DNA of 64,000 bases, from the NCBI GenBank assembly GCA_048938005.1, contig JBHLMQ010000009.1, positions 1 through 64,000 of the forward strand. Reading direction: 5' to 3'. The translations under genes were made by a program, and so were the position numbers. The notes under the pieces are model-generated. The model did not search any database. It was not told the origin of the DNA and saw nothing but the letters and a program-made list of their open reading frames with translations. The number at the start of each line of letters is the position of its first letter. Within the stretch, counting starts at the first letter, position 1. This document shows, piece after piece, positions 9,418 through 20,900 of the stretch. Source of the DNA: Promethearchaeota archaeon. Lineage in GTDB: Archaea; Asgardarchaeota; Lokiarchaeia; Sigyniarchaeales; SOKP01.

Positions 9418-10467
9418 TTAGTATAAAAAAATCCACCTGATAAATGTTGATAAAAAGCCTAAAATCATTGTAGCTAAAAAGAAATAAAAGGAGTATAGAT
9501 TCCATTTAAAATGCCATGTTCTTTTTTTATTGTTTCTCTTTTTTGATTTTTTGATACCTGTAATAACGCCAGGAATTACAAGTATGATAGTGATTAAAGC
9601 TGTTATGCCATGAATTGTATAAAATACAGCGCCTCTGTTTACGATCGTGGAGATAATCCAGTATAGGAAAACACTTAGAGACGTGATAAAATAACCAATA
9701 CCAAACGTAATATGGATTTTGTTATTTACAAACTTAGGAAGATCATGAAAAAATTCAGTAATTGGGGACCTTTTTAATCCTGAAATCATAGCAATGCCCC
9801 CAAAGAGAAAAGCAATCGCTAATAATACAGCATGTAAAACCCAATCAGAGAAAAGCGTACGATAAGCATTATCACTCCAACCCCGACTCTCCCAATAACC
9901 AATATAATTATAATTGACAATCTCCATTCTAACAACCCATTTTACCCATTTATATCCTAAATGGTTTGGCGCAACTACTCTAACTGGAAATCCTTGCTCA
10001 ATTGGAAGAGGCTCACCATTCATTTCATATGCTAAAAGTACATTGTCCATATTTGCTTCTTCAATAGTCAATGAAGAAGCATAATTATCTGCTGCATAGA
10101 AAACGACATCTACAGCACCAGCTTTTATTTGTGCCATATCTAGTAAATCTTTAATCGGAACACCCTTCCATAAAGCTGTACCAAATGGGCCATCAACACA
10201 TTGTAGTGTTGCAACAATCTCTTTTGAAGGTTGAGACGTAAAGTTGGAGTAATTAAAAGTCAAATTATTATTTATGTGTCCATCAATCGTTAATTCCCAA
10301 GTATGAGCTGGAATTGTTGGAATTTCCCCCTTAGATACAACAAAAAACTCATCATTAGGGGTAATAATATTTCTACTCATCATAAGCCCAACCAAACCAA
10401 ATAGGGGGAGACATAACAAAATAAGAATTCCAATGTATTTTAAATACATTTTTCTTTTTCTGTTCAT
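9418..10467 (-). CDS. Sulfite-oxidase-family (MsrP-like) molybdopterin oxidoreductase fused to a 4-TM His-containing membrane domain
   Basis: WELTIDG, TLQCVDG (Mo-ligating Cys), LAYEMNGEPLPIEQGFPVRVVAP..GYKWVKWV, GYWESRGW; C-terminal TMs each carry a His. Confidence 0.85.
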   Translation of the reverse strand: MNRKRKMYLKYIGILILLCLPLFGLVGLMMSRNIITPNDEFFVVSKGEIPTIPAHTWELTIDGHINNNLTFNYSNFTSQPSKEIVATLQCVDGPFGTALWKGVPIKDLLDMAQIKAGAVDVVFYAADNYASSLTIEEANMDNVLLAYEMNGEPLPIEQGFPVRVVAPNHLGYKWVKWVVRMEIVNYNYIGYWESRGWSDNAYRTLFSDWVLHAVLLAIAFLFGGIAMISGLKRSPITEFFHDLPKFVNNKIHITFGIGYFITSLSVFLYWIISTIVNRGAVFYTIHGITALITIILVIPGVITGIKKSKKRNNKKRTWHFKWNLYSFYFFLATMILGFLSTFIRWIFLY

Positions 10468-10577
10468 AGATACTTCATCAAATTTAAAGTGTGTGAAGTC
10501 TTACAAGAGAATTAATGAAGAAGAATAATATTTTGTAGTTAAATCGAATAAGACTTCCTAATTATAAAATTCCGTCA

Positions 10578-10898
10578 CTATATATTATAAGAAAATATTA
10601 TGAATTCAATTGAATTCTGTTTCCCGGGGTGAAATATCGTTTTTTTCTTTTCTTGGTTCTCCAATTTTCTTTTGAACAACATATCCTATTATCGATAATG
10701 CTCCGCCATTAAACATTCCTATCACTCCAAATCCAGGGTAAAAAGGCTCCTAAAAACTAGAGCCAAATTGTATAAATCAAGAATCTCCATCAGGAGAATC
10801 CAAACTGTTGTAATTGTAATAATCAGTATTCCGGAATACAATCTCATGGTGCTTAAACCTTTTTTATCATTTTTGCTTGAAATAATAAGTAATACCAT
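10578..10898 (-). pseudogene. Frameshifted membrane-protein remnant (approximate limits)
   Basis: Two offset frames: MVLLIISS..GILIITITTVWILLMEIL.. and ..YPGFGVIGMFNGGALSIIGYVVQRK.. Confidence 0.4.
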
Positions 10899-11026
10899 TA
10901 AAGCAGAACGTGAGATTGACGTGTCTATCTTCTAGCAACTATTATTAACAAGAATTAAATTTTACTTAGAAAATACCTAATTTTTAAAAAATTGGGTTTT
11001 AAAAACCTGATTTTAAATTTATATTT

Positions 11027-11620
11027 ATGATTATTGATCACTGTGAGAAAACAATAAGTATAAAAATTGTATATTTTGGACCAGCTTTTTCGGGTAAAAC
11101 TACTTCAATAAAAGCTTTATTTTCTGAATTTGGAAAGGGTGAAGCGCTCCATAGTATTGAAAGTACAGTATGCAGGACACTGTTTTTTGATTATGGTACT
11201 GTCTCATTTCAAAATGAAGAATGGAAATTAAAAATTCATATTTATACTACAACAGGTCAAGATTTCTATTTAATAACGAGGCCAATTACATTACGAGCAG
11301 TAGATGGAATAATATTTGTAATAGATTCTCAGGAAGAAGTATACGAACGTAATTTAATATCTTGGAACGAGCTCATCTCATATTTTAAGGACTGTATTGA
11401 TGATATCCCAGTTATTATTGCTTTTAATAAACGAGATAAACCTATAAAATTTGAACCTAATATGTTTTTAAAGGAAATTAGGTTTCGCGAATATAAGAAT
11501 ATAGAAAGCATGTTTACCATTGCAATTCACGGAGAGGGAATTTTAGAGTGTTTTGAAGACATTTTAAGATTAGTTTTAACGAAGTACTATAATAAAAAAC
11601 TTGTTTCAGCAATAAATTAA
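11027..11620 (+). CDS. MglA-like small GTPase
   Basis: KIVYFGPAFSGKTT (G1), RTLFFD (G2 with Arg), TTGQ (G3), FVIDSQ, NKRD (G4). Confidence 0.88.
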   Translation: MIIDHCEKTISIKIVYFGPAFSGKTTSIKALFSEFGKGEALHSIESTVCRTLFFDYGTVSFQNEEWKLKIHIYTTTGQDFYLITRPITLRAVDGIIFVIDSQEEVYERNLISWNELISYFKDCIDDIPVIIAFNKRDKPIKFEPNMFLKEIRFREYKNIESMFTIAIHGEGILECFEDILRLVLTKYYNKKLVSAIN

Positions 11621-11678
11621 TGGTATATTCACTCTCTATAGTTTTAAGCAGTTTCTAAAAAATTTCATTTTAATCTTT

Positions 11679-12584
11679 TCAATTGTTTTGTTGGATAATA
11701 TTTTTTATCCAATCGATTTTTGAAGGATTAAATTCTTTAATTTTATCAATTAATTGCTGTGCATCAATACTATTGGGTTCAATTTCTAATAGGTATGTGC
11801 AAAAATCTAAAACGTTTTCATAAAATTCTAAATCATAAGATATTAATGCTAAATTTAGCAAAACTTTCGTATCAGATGGATATTCTATTAATTTGTTTAG
11901 TTGCTCATTAAATTGTATGTATGCTCTAAGGAATTTAGATGCTTTTTTCGCTGGCTCAATGATATTTTCGTGACCCTCGCACATAATATCAATATTAAGA
12001 TTTAATAATTTCTGAATTGATTTAACATAAGCCTCTAAATTTCCCCCCTGCTTATTAATAACAACTCCAGGAAGATCCCCACCAAAAAGAATCCTTTTAC
12101 TTTCTGTTTCTAAAAGATATGCAACTGATCCTGGCGTGTGCCCCGGAATATGAATGCATTTAAACTCATAAGTTCCAAATTTTAAAATTTCGTTATCATC
12201 CTTAATTATTCTATTAATTTTTACAGGTTCATATTTATAGTCTGCATACATTTGAGCAATATTTGGATCTCTTATTTTTAACACATTATCTATAGCATCT
12301 AGTTTATGTGCATAAAATTTGATATCCTTGTTTAATTCTTTAAGTTTAGAACAAACACCATAATGGTCTATATGACCATGCGTAATAAGACAGTGTTTTA
12401 TATCTTTTAAATCATAGCCCTCTTTTGCTATAGCTCGTATCGGTTCAATATCAAGTCCAGCATCAATCATTACTAAACCATCATCACTTCTCGTGTCAAC
12501 CATGTACACACAACAACCTGGTACATTAGGATCATAAGGTTTAACTATATAAACATTATCTACAATGTTTTTCATTTTCATCAT
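11679..12584 (-). CDS. Metallo-beta-lactamase-fold hydrolase with C-terminal TPR-like helices
   Basis: THGHIDH, PGHTPGS, GGD, EGH; C-terminal YLLEIEPNSIDA TPR-like segment. Confidence 0.88.
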   Translation of the reverse strand: MMKMKNIVDNVYIVKPYDPNVPGCCVYMVDTRSDDGLVMIDAGLDIEPIRAIAKEGYDLKDIKHCLITHGHIDHYGVCSKLKELNKDIKFYAHKLDAIDNVLKIRDPNIAQMYADYKYEPVKINRIIKDDNEILKFGTYEFKCIHIPGHTPGSVAYLLETESKRILFGGDLPGVVINKQGGNLEAYVKSIQKLLNLNIDIMCEGHENIIEPAKKASKFLRAYIQFNEQLNKLIEYPSDTKVLLNLALISYDLEFYENVLDFCTYLLEIEPNSIDAQQLIDKIKEFNPSKIDWIKNIIQQNN

Positions 12585-12689
12585 TAACTATTCTTTCATT
12601 TAAAGTGAAGGTGAATATTTATTGTATTTTAAAAGATTTTGGATAATGTTGTTATTTTGCAGAGATATTGAAAATAAATTATTAGTGCC

Positions 12690-13349
12690 TTGGACTTTAT
12701 AAATAAAGTATTTTTTAATTTATCATTCAAAATTTTATTAAAAATTGGGTGGTCAAATTTGAATTTAAAATTAGAAGATGTAAAAGAAGAGGATAGAGGG
12801 ATTCTCGCTCCATGCGGTATTATTTGTTTAGGATGTGATACTCATACTGGAGAAAGTCTAGATGCTGCAAAGAAACTTAAGGAGATTTGGGAATGTGGGA
12901 ATTTAAGAGATTCTGGTATCACTATTGGATTAGATCCAGAGGGAATAGATACAACTCTAGAAATATTAAGTAATTATATCGAAAAATCTGACAGAGGAAA
13001 GTGTCCTGGATGCTTTAAGGGAGGATTTGCTTCACAATTCTGTGGTATTGCAAAATGTGTCAATTCTAAAGGTTATTTGACTTGTGCTGAATGTAATGAC
13101 TATGATCCTATAGCAGAAACTCCATGTCCTAACGATGAACCTAATCCTATGCCAATGGCGAATAGAGCTCAAATGACTAATATGATTTGTAATCGATATA
13201 GTAGAAATACATGTGATAATTTGAAAAAGTGTCGTGAAATGGGATATGAGGCATTTATAAAAGAAGCGAAAGAAAAAGTTGCAAATGGATGGAGAACTTG
13301 GCAGGTAGTAAGTAATGAGATGGTTATTACAAAAGCGATGAAAAAATAA
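12690..13349 (+). CDS. DUF3795-like Cys-rich protein (start may be TTG ~12759)
   Basis: APCGIICLGC, CPGC, CGIAKC, CAEC..Y..PC. Confidence 0.8.
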   Translation: MDFINKVFFNLSFKILLKIGWSNLNLKLEDVKEEDRGILAPCGIICLGCDTHTGESLDAAKKLKEIWECGNLRDSGITIGLDPEGIDTTLEILSNYIEKSDRGKCPGCFKGGFASQFCGIAKCVNSKGYLTCAECNDYDPIAETPCPNDEPNPMPMANRAQMTNMICNRYSRNTCDNLKKCREMGYEAFIKEAKEKVANGWRTWQVVSNEMVITKAMKK

Positions 13350-13563
13350 CTTCATTTCAATGATTTTTTAATTAATTAGCTTAAATCTTTTTTTTTACAA
13401 AAATATTTTTTTAGTTAATTACAAGAAGAAAAGAATATAATAATTTAAAATACGAGTTCGACATTTACTGTTCTTCTTTTTTTAAGAATATACCAAGATG
13501 TAAAAATTATAAATAATCACAAGGATTATCTCATATTGATAGATTTATATAAGGGAGGGTAAA

Positions 13564-14103
13564 ATGAAAAGTATTTTAGATATCATTAAATCGAGAAGAA
13601 GCACTCGTAGATTTAAAACTGAAATGGTATCAGACGAAGATCTTAAAGCTGTACTTGAAGCTGCTAGATGGGCTCCCTCTGGCGATAATAAACAACCGTG
13701 GAAATTTATTGTGATAAAAAATAAGGAAATAATGATGAAAATTGCTGATTTATCACCTATGAAGAAGTTCCATGCTATGCTAAGGAATGGTCCTATTCTC
13801 ATTGCTATTTTAGTAAACTCGCGGAAATCAAAATGGGTTACCTTAGATGGTGCTATATGTACTCAGAATTTAATGTTAGAAGCTTGGGCTCGAGGATTAG
13901 GTACTTGTTTTTCATCATGGTATCCCACAATGCATACAGAAGTATGCAAAAAAGTTAAGCAGTTGTTAAACATTCCAGAACATTGGATTATTTTAACATT
14001 TACACCACTGGGTTACCCTGTTGAAGATCCTGAGAAAGCACACATTCTCCCAGCTAAAAGAAAATCATTAGATGCACTGGTTTCTTACGAGAGATTTGAA
14101 TAA
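13564..14103 (+). CDS. Nitroreductase family protein
   Basis: RRSTRRF, AARWAPSGDNKQPWKF, QNLMLEAWARGLGTC, LGYP; GGAGGG SD upstream. Confidence 0.93.
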   Translation: MKSILDIIKSRRSTRRFKTEMVSDEDLKAVLEAARWAPSGDNKQPWKFIVIKNKEIMMKIADLSPMKKFHAMLRNGPILIAILVNSRKSKWVTLDGAICTQNLMLEAWARGLGTCFSSWYPTMHTEVCKKVKQLLNIPEHWIILTFTPLGYPVEDPEKAHILPAKRKSLDALVSYERFE

Positions 14104-14202
14104 GGTGAATAAAATATTTTAAAATTGAATTTGTAAGTCTTAATTACTTAAAGAAGAATATATAATTCAAAGTGAAAAAATCCAAAACTTTTAGATATCA
14201 TA

Positions 14203-14670
14203 TTATAAAATTCGATTTTCAGATTGTGGAAGTGTCTTTATAGGTCTTAAAACTACACATACTCTCTCGACACTTTTTACGTCAGCGCGACCACGAAATG
14301 ATTCTATTAATGCATCTAATTCAATTATTTCTGGAACATTAACTTTTATTAAAACTCCACATTCTCCCGCAAGGAAATAAACTTCTTCACATTGAGGTAG
14401 AATCTGTGCTTCCCTTAATAATTCTTTTGTTTCAGCCTGGGTTTTTGGAATAAGAGTAATGAATGCAATAATACATCTTTCATCTTCACGACAGATCTTT
14501 ATAGTAAATTTTTCAATTACTCCTTCCTCTTGAAGTTTTATAACCCTTTTTCTCACAGTTGATTCAGATAAATTTACTTTAGGATCTTTTGCTATTTCAT
14601 GATACGGTCTTCTAGAATCTTCTAGAAGCATTTCAAGAATTCTTTTATCCTTATCATCAAGATTTTTCAT
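14203..14670 (-). CDS. Lrp/AsnC family transcription regulator
   Basis: LDDKDKRILEML.EDSR, LSESTVRKRVIKL...GVI. Confidence 0.9.
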   Translation of the reverse strand: MKNLDDKDKRILEMLLEDSRRPYHEIAKDPKVNLSESTVRKRVIKLQEEGVIEKFTIKICREDERCIIAFITLIPKTQAETKELLREAQILPQCEEVYFLAGECGVLIKVNVPEIIELDALIESFRGRADVKSVERVCVVLRPIKTLPQSENRIL

Positions 14671-14755
14671 TATTAATTTCCTTTTTTACTGAATTAAAAA
14701 AATTTTAATTTAAAATTTAAAAAAATTATTTTTCTTTAATTAAACATAGCAATTC

Positions 14756-15694
14756 TCAGAAATCTTTCAGTAGTGGCCCAAATAAACGCTCATAATGAAC
14801 TGCCATACAATGAATTCCTGCAGCCTTTGTTGTTTTCTTGATTTCCTTGATAAATGGCTCAAAAAAATCGATATTGATCTTATCGATAGCTATATTCCGC
14901 TTTTTCTTGTCTTCTTTATACTCCTTCTTTACCCTTTTGAGTTCTTGTAATAAATCTTTTGGAACCGAGACACCAGGAATAAATTCGTTAAAATACCATG
15001 CAATGCCGTAATTTTTCAATGGAAATAATCCAAGAAGAACAGGCACATTGTATTTTTCCAGTTCTTTTAGAAATTCCTTAGCATCTTCTATATCAAAACT
15101 TGTTTGAGTTTGAATGAAATCAACACCAACTTCAACTTTTCTTCCCACCTTTAAGATTTCAGGTTCTCGTGGTCGAGAATTTGGATTAGCAGCACATCCA
15201 ATATTCATTTCAATTGGACCTCCTCGTATTTCTTTTCCTTCTAAATCGGTTCCATCATCAATGATTTTTGAGGCAAGTTCGATAAATTGAGTACTATCTA
15301 AATCATATACAGGACGTGCTCTTTTATTATCTCCAAGTGCACTATGATCTCCAGTGAGTGTTAAAATATTTTTTAGACCTAGAATAGCCCCGCCTACAAT
15401 ATCCCCAAATAAAGCAATACGATTTCGATCCCTTACAGTCATTTGCCAAACAGCTTCTAATCCCACCTTCTCTTGCACTAAATAGCTTGGAACCATGGAG
15501 CATGTATAGGCGTCTCCTTGAGGTCCATCTGTTACATTAGCCGCAACAATTTTACCAGTTTTTTTCATTTCTTCTGCAGAATGAAGAACATGATTAATAT
15601 CAAAATCCTTCTCTGGCTCTAATTCACCTGTAAACACGAATTTACCTTCTCTAATTGCTTTCATTAAGTTACTAAATGCAGGTCTTTTTGCCAT
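14756..15694 (-). CDS. metF: Methylenetetrahydrofolate reductase catalytic subunit
   Basis: FTGELEP, NVTD, RDRNRIAL, LTGDH, VYDLDS, DFIQTQ; start re-assigned to MAKRPAF, downstream of a GGAGG SD. Confidence 0.9.
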   Translation of the reverse strand: MAKRPAFSNLMKAIREGKFVFTGELEPEKDFDINHVLHSAEEMKKTGKIVAANVTDGPQGDAYTCSMVPSYLVQEKVGLEAVWQMTVRDRNRIALFGDIVGGAILGLKNILTLTGDHSALGDNKRARPVYDLDSTQFIELASKIIDDGTDLEGKEIRGGPIEMNIGCAANPNSRPREPEILKVGRKVEVGVDFIQTQTSFDIEDAKEFLKELEKYNVPVLLGLFPLKNYGIAWYFNEFIPGVSVPKDLLQELKRVKKEYKEDKKKRNIAIDKINIDFFEPFIKEIKKTTKAAGIHCMAVHYERLFGPLLKDF

Positions 15695-15698
15695 TCTA

Positions 15699-16394
15699 TT
15701 ACTTCGCCTCCTCTTTTGTTTCTTCTTCATTAGTAAATGGTTTATTTATCTCAATAAACCTTGGACTTGACCATAACATATAATTCCTAGGTGATCGATA
15801 TTTAGTAAAGAGATCGAGTCTATCAAACTTTTTAAGACGCTCCCATATTTTTACCCATGCGCATTCATGAATGTACCCACCTACTTCACACTTTCCATCA
15901 ACTTGTCCTCCACATGGACCATTACTTAAGTTTTTAGCGCATCCAGCCATAGGGCAAACACCACCAGTTTCCCCCAAAAGACAATCTCCGCACGTTTCGC
16001 AGTATTCTACATAATAGTTTTCACCTGCATTCTCAGCCCCTCCATACCGACTGTTCTGAGCCGGATATGTTAGTATCTGAGGGAACACTCTATTCATCAT
16101 AACAACACCTAATCCACAAGCTAGTGATACAATTGCATCATATTCTTCGATAAAGGGTCTTACTGTTGTAGCAGCAATTCTGTCATCGCATTGTCGTAGA
16201 ACTGTTATTGCTCTCCATTTAAGCTCCTTTCCTTCAGTTCGGCCTTTTAATTCTAAAAGTTGTCCTAGAACCTTTGCTTCACTAATGCTACGAGGTGGTT
16301 GACAACATCCATCACATCCAGCTATTAAAATCTTCGAGTATGGCTTAATAAATTTGTAGATTTCGTCTATATCTTTTTGCTCTGTTATTATCAT
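15699..16394 (-). CDS. metV: MTHFR small Fe-S/Zn subunit (MetV, MTHFR_C family)
   Basis: MIITEQK, GCDGC, RQCD, LACGLG, CETCGDCLLGETGGVCP..CAKNLSNGPCGG..DGKCEV..CAW. Confidence 0.9.
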   Translation of the reverse strand: MIITEQKDIDEIYKFIKPYSKILIAGCDGCCQPPRSISEAKVLGQLLELKGRTEGKELKWRAITVLRQCDDRIAATTVRPFIEEYDAIVSLACGLGVVMMNRVFPQILTYPAQNSRYGGAENAGENYYVEYCETCGDCLLGETGGVCPMAGCAKNLSNGPCGGQVDGKCEVGGYIHECAWVKIWERLKKFDRLDLFTKYRSPRNYMLWSSPRFIEINKPFTNEEETKEEAK

Positions 16395-16501
16395 ATCAAT
16401 TATCTCCTAATTCTTACTTTTTTTTAGATTTTTTGATTCTTTATATTTTTTCTTTCAATTTAATGTAATTTTATTTGGATTTTAAGAAAAATATCCAATA
16501 A

Positions 16502-17383
16502 TTAAATATTTAATTTTTCCATCAATTTTTTTGGCCTTACACTTCGGTTAGTAAGTCCAAGTTTATCTGGTTCTACACCGAATGCAATTGCCATTAATTC
16601 TGGTAAATATAAAACTGGAATATCAAGCTCTTTGCCAGTTTTCCTCGAAATTAGTCGTTGTTTTCTATCATATTGTCCTACACACGCAGGACAAACTCCG
16701 ACCATAACATCTACTTCCTCTTTAAGATCTTTCAATTCAGTCATCTTCTTTTCAACAAGTTCAAATCCTATTTCTTCTTGTAATCTCGCACAGAATCCGC
16801 AACATTCAAGTTTTCCAGCAAATGCTACTGTTTTAGCACCCATAGCTTCTATTATCTTATCCATAGTTTCAGGTCGTTCAGGGTGATCAAATTGTAAGAT
16901 TTTGCTTGGCCTGATGAGATGACAACCATAGTGTACTGCCACATTCAAGTTATCCATGGGTTTCATGAGAATATTCTTAATTTTATTAAGCATCTCATCT
17001 TGAGCAAATAGCTCAACAAAATGATATACTTTGGAAGTTCCTCTATATTCATACCCGATCTTCTTTAATACGGAATTAACCCGATCGAATGCCGCTTTAT
17101 CTTCTTCAAGTAGAACTCGTGTAGTTTTGAGGGTTTCATAACAACCAGAACAAATAGTTAAAATGTCTAAACCCATTTTTTCGGCGATACATAAGTTTCT
17201 AGCAGCTATAGTTAGCCAAGTGTCGATACTTACCGATTGAGTAGCAACAGGATCGGGACAACAGCTAGCACCTTCCATTTCCTTGAATTTATACCCTAAG
17301 ATATTTGCAATTTCTCTAAATGCAAACTCAAAATGCGGAACCTTCAAGGGGATTGTACATCCTAAATATAATGCATATTCCAT
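16502..17383 (-). CDS. hdrB: Heterodisulfide reductase subunit B-like
   Basis: Two CCG domains: YLGC, ASCCP, CSGC, HYGCH, CCGF, CPAC. Confidence 0.93.
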   Translation of the reverse strand: MEYALYLGCTIPLKVPHFEFAFREIANILGYKFKEMEGASCCPDPVATQSVSIDTWLTIAARNLCIAEKMGLDILTICSGCYETLKTTRVLLEEDKAAFDRVNSVLKKIGYEYRGTSKVYHFVELFAQDEMLNKIKNILMKPMDNLNVAVHYGCHLIRPSKILQFDHPERPETMDKIIEAMGAKTVAFAGKLECCGFCARLQEEIGFELVEKKMTELKDLKEEVDVMVGVCPACVGQYDRKQRLISRKTGKELDIPVLYLPELMAIAFGVEPDKLGLTNRSVRPKKLMEKLNI

Positions 17384-17928
17384 TATTTCTCATCCTCTGT
17401 GTCTTTCATTGCTTCTTCAATTAAATTTCCAATTCCTGTTTCTTTCATAATAAAATCAATTTCTTCTAAGTTTGGTGGTGTCAATTTAGGTAATCCCATT
17501 CTTTCTCTTCGTCTATCTATGGTAGTTGCTAAGCCTCCAGTATAAGGTACGACAAAGCCATTATCATGTAAAGTTTGAATTGTTGCCTGATATTCATTAG
17601 GAATATTACCTTCTTTGACTGCTAAATTTCTAAGCAATGCTAGTATGAAAGAATAATCGACACCTTTTGGACATCGTTCAGTGCATCTATGGCATAGTGA
17701 ACATGTCCAAATCGCGTTACTTGACAAAACTCTATCCTTCAAACCTAATAAACATGATGCTACTACTCTATGAGGTTGAAGATCAACATATTCTGTAACT
17801 GTACAACCAGAACTACAAACTCCACATTGAATACATTTGAGAAGTGATTTTGCACCTACTTTTTTACTTATTTCATATCGGAAATCCTTATCCAAATCAC
17901 TTGCATTTATTAATTCTTCTTCGGTCAT
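17383..17928 (-). CDS. hdrC: Heterodisulfide reductase subunit C-like
   Basis: CIQCGVCSSGC, WTCSLCHRCTERCP. Confidence 0.93.
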   Translation of the reverse strand: MTEEELINASDLDKDFRYEISKKVGAKSLLKCIQCGVCSSGCTVTEYVDLQPHRVVASCLLGLKDRVLSSNAIWTCSLCHRCTERCPKGVDYSFILALLRNLAVKEGNIPNEYQATIQTLHDNGFVVPYTGGLATTIDRRRERMGLPKLTPPNLEEIDFIMKETGIGNLIEEAMKDTEDEK

Positions 17929-17932
17929 TTTT

Positions 17933-20900
17933 TCATGCTCCTCCTTTAGCCTTATTAAGCCCTAATTTTTTTAGTTGACTCACAAAATCAGTAACCACTT
18001 CTGAAAAACGTTTCCCTTCGCTAGCTGACACCCATTCAAGACGGAAGCGTTCTGGATTTATTCCCACCTTTTCTAATATCTCATTTAACTCGTTATACCT
18101 TTGTAATGTATCATAGTTTCCTTCTAAATAGTGGCAATCTCCTAAATGACACCCTCCTATAAACACTCCGTCAGCACCTTCCAAAAATGCTTGTAAAATA
18201 AATCTCTTTGGGATTCTTCCAGAACACATAACTCGAATAGGTCGTATATTTGTAGGATATTGGAATCGACTTACACCACAGGTATCAGCTCCTGCATAAC
18301 TACACCAATTACATAAAAAGGCCACAATTCGAGGTCTTTCATCAATAAACTCACCTTTTAATGCTTCAGATATCATTGGAGTTAGTTGATCATCAGCAAA
18401 ATGACTCATTGTTATTGCTCCTGCTGGACATGCAGCGGCACAATCACCACATCCTTTACATAGAAGAGGATTTGATTCTGATACTAAAACATCATTGTCA
18501 AAGTTAACTCCAATTGCTCCAAAATTGCATACTTCTTCACATTTCTGGCATGCTATACATAAAGCAGGGTTAACTACTGATACTAAAGGCTCATTTTCAA
18601 CAATTCCAGCAATTAAAGGAATTAACGCATGAGCTGCAGCACCTCTTCCTTGAGATATAGAATCAGCAATACCCTTAGGACCATGTGCTGTACCAGCTAG
18701 ATATATTCCATCCGTAGCAAAATCGATAGGTCGCAGTTTTATATGTGCTTCTAAGAAAAAACCATTTTGATCTCGTGGAACCTTCAATAGTTCAGCAAGA
18801 ACTTTATTATCATGGGGTTTTAATGGGGTAGATAAAACTAGTTTATCAGCATCAATGTTGAGGTGGATTTGTGTCAATATATCATGGACTTTAACACTGA
18901 TCTTCCCATTTATAAGATCTACTTCAGGATAATCATTAAATCTAATATAATTAATATTTTCTCTAGCTTTCCAATAAAAAGCTTCTTCGTCTGTTCCAAC
19001 TCGGATATCCCTGTATAACACAAATATTTGCGAGTTGGGATAATTTTCTTTCACATAAAGGGCATGTCTAATAGATTCAGAACAGCATATTAATGAACAA
19101 TATGTACACCCATTTCCTCCTTCTGGTTGTCGTGATCCAACACAATGGATAAATACAAGAGTTTCACCATCCTTTAACTCATTATTCCTTAGTTTCTCTG
19201 AGAGTTCCAACTGTGTCATAACCCGTGGATCTTCACCATAATGATACCATCCTTCTGGTTTATATTCATAAGCCCCCGTTGCTACAACAATTACACCAAC
19301 ATTCAACTCCGAAACACTATTATTAGCTTGATTTTTTACATTAACTTTAAAATCTCCGATTGATCCCTTTACATCAACTACTTCAGAGTTTAAATAGGTA
19401 GTAATATTTTTCAATGAATTGTATTCTTTCAGTTTTTCATCCAAGAATTCTTTTGAATCAATTCTATCAAAATTAATTTTATAAATAAGATTCAATTGGC
19501 CACCTAGTTTATCTTCTTTTTCAACTAAATGTGTTTTAAACCCTTTTTTAGCAATTTCCATGGCAGCACTCATACCTGCAATTCCTCCACCAATTACTAA
19601 CGCTTCTGGAACAACGTCTCCTTTTATTTTCACTTCTTGTTTTAAAAATCTAGCACGAGCAACACCCATACGGATTAAATCTTTAGCTTTATCTGTTGCC
19701 TTCTCGCGTTCATTCATATGTACCCATGAGTCTAATTCTCGAATGCTTACAAAATTAAATAAATATTCATTCAATCCAGCTTCTCTAATGGTTTTTTGGA
19801 ATAATGATTCATGAGTTCTTGGAGTACATGCTGCAACTAATACTCGATTTAGGTCTAATTCTTCAATTTTCTCCTTGATAATATCTTGAGTTAAACTCGA
19901 ACAACTATATTTATTATCCATCGCATATACCACATTTGGAAGTGTCTTGGCGTATTCTACCAGTTCAGGAACATCCATATAACCACCGATATTAACACCA
20001 CAATGACAGATAAACACTCCTATGCGTGGTTCATCTCCTTCACGTACAACTCTTAATGGTGGTAACTCTACTCTTTGCTCTTCTTCACTTAATGGAACAG
20101 CATGTAAAGCGGCCAAAGCGGCAGCCCCACTAGCTTTTGAAACAGAATTGGCAATATCATCAGGAGATTGGCAAGAGCCAGTAATATAGATGCCTTCTCT
20201 TGTAGATTGGAGATCTTCAACTGAATTTTTGGTTTTATAAAATCCTAATTCATTAGTATCAATTCCTAAGATTTTTGCTAATTCATTAGAATCTTTTCGA
20301 GGAATGACTGCACTAGCTAATACAACTAAATCAAATCGAGCAGTTTCGACTTCACCTGTGTCTAAATTTGCGTGTTTTACTAACAAATCATGTGTGTCCG
20401 GATCTTCTCGAATATCTCCCGGAATTCCATGAAAGTATTTTAATTTGTATTCATCTTTTGCTCTCTCAATAAATTCTTCTTGATTTTTTCCAATAACGCG
20501 AGTGTCATTAAAAAAGATGGTAACCTCTGTATCAGGAGCATGTTCTCGCGTAACAACACCTTCTTTAGCCATATACATACAGCAAAATTTAGAACAATAT
20601 GAACATAACGCTTCATTACGAGATCCAACACATCCAACAAAAGCAATCTTATGAGCATGCTTTTCATCTGAGGAACGTAATAATTCACCACCAGTAGGTC
20701 CAGAAGCACTAAGAAGTCGTTCATATTGCATAGCTGTAATTACATTAGGATATTCTCCATAATGATAACGGACTAAAGGTGTTGGATCCAGAATATCTAT
20801 ACCAGTTGCTACTATAATTGATGCAACATTGTATTCCACAACTTCATCCTTCATTTCAAAATCAATTGCTTCTGCCTCACATTCCTTTTCACATAATCGA

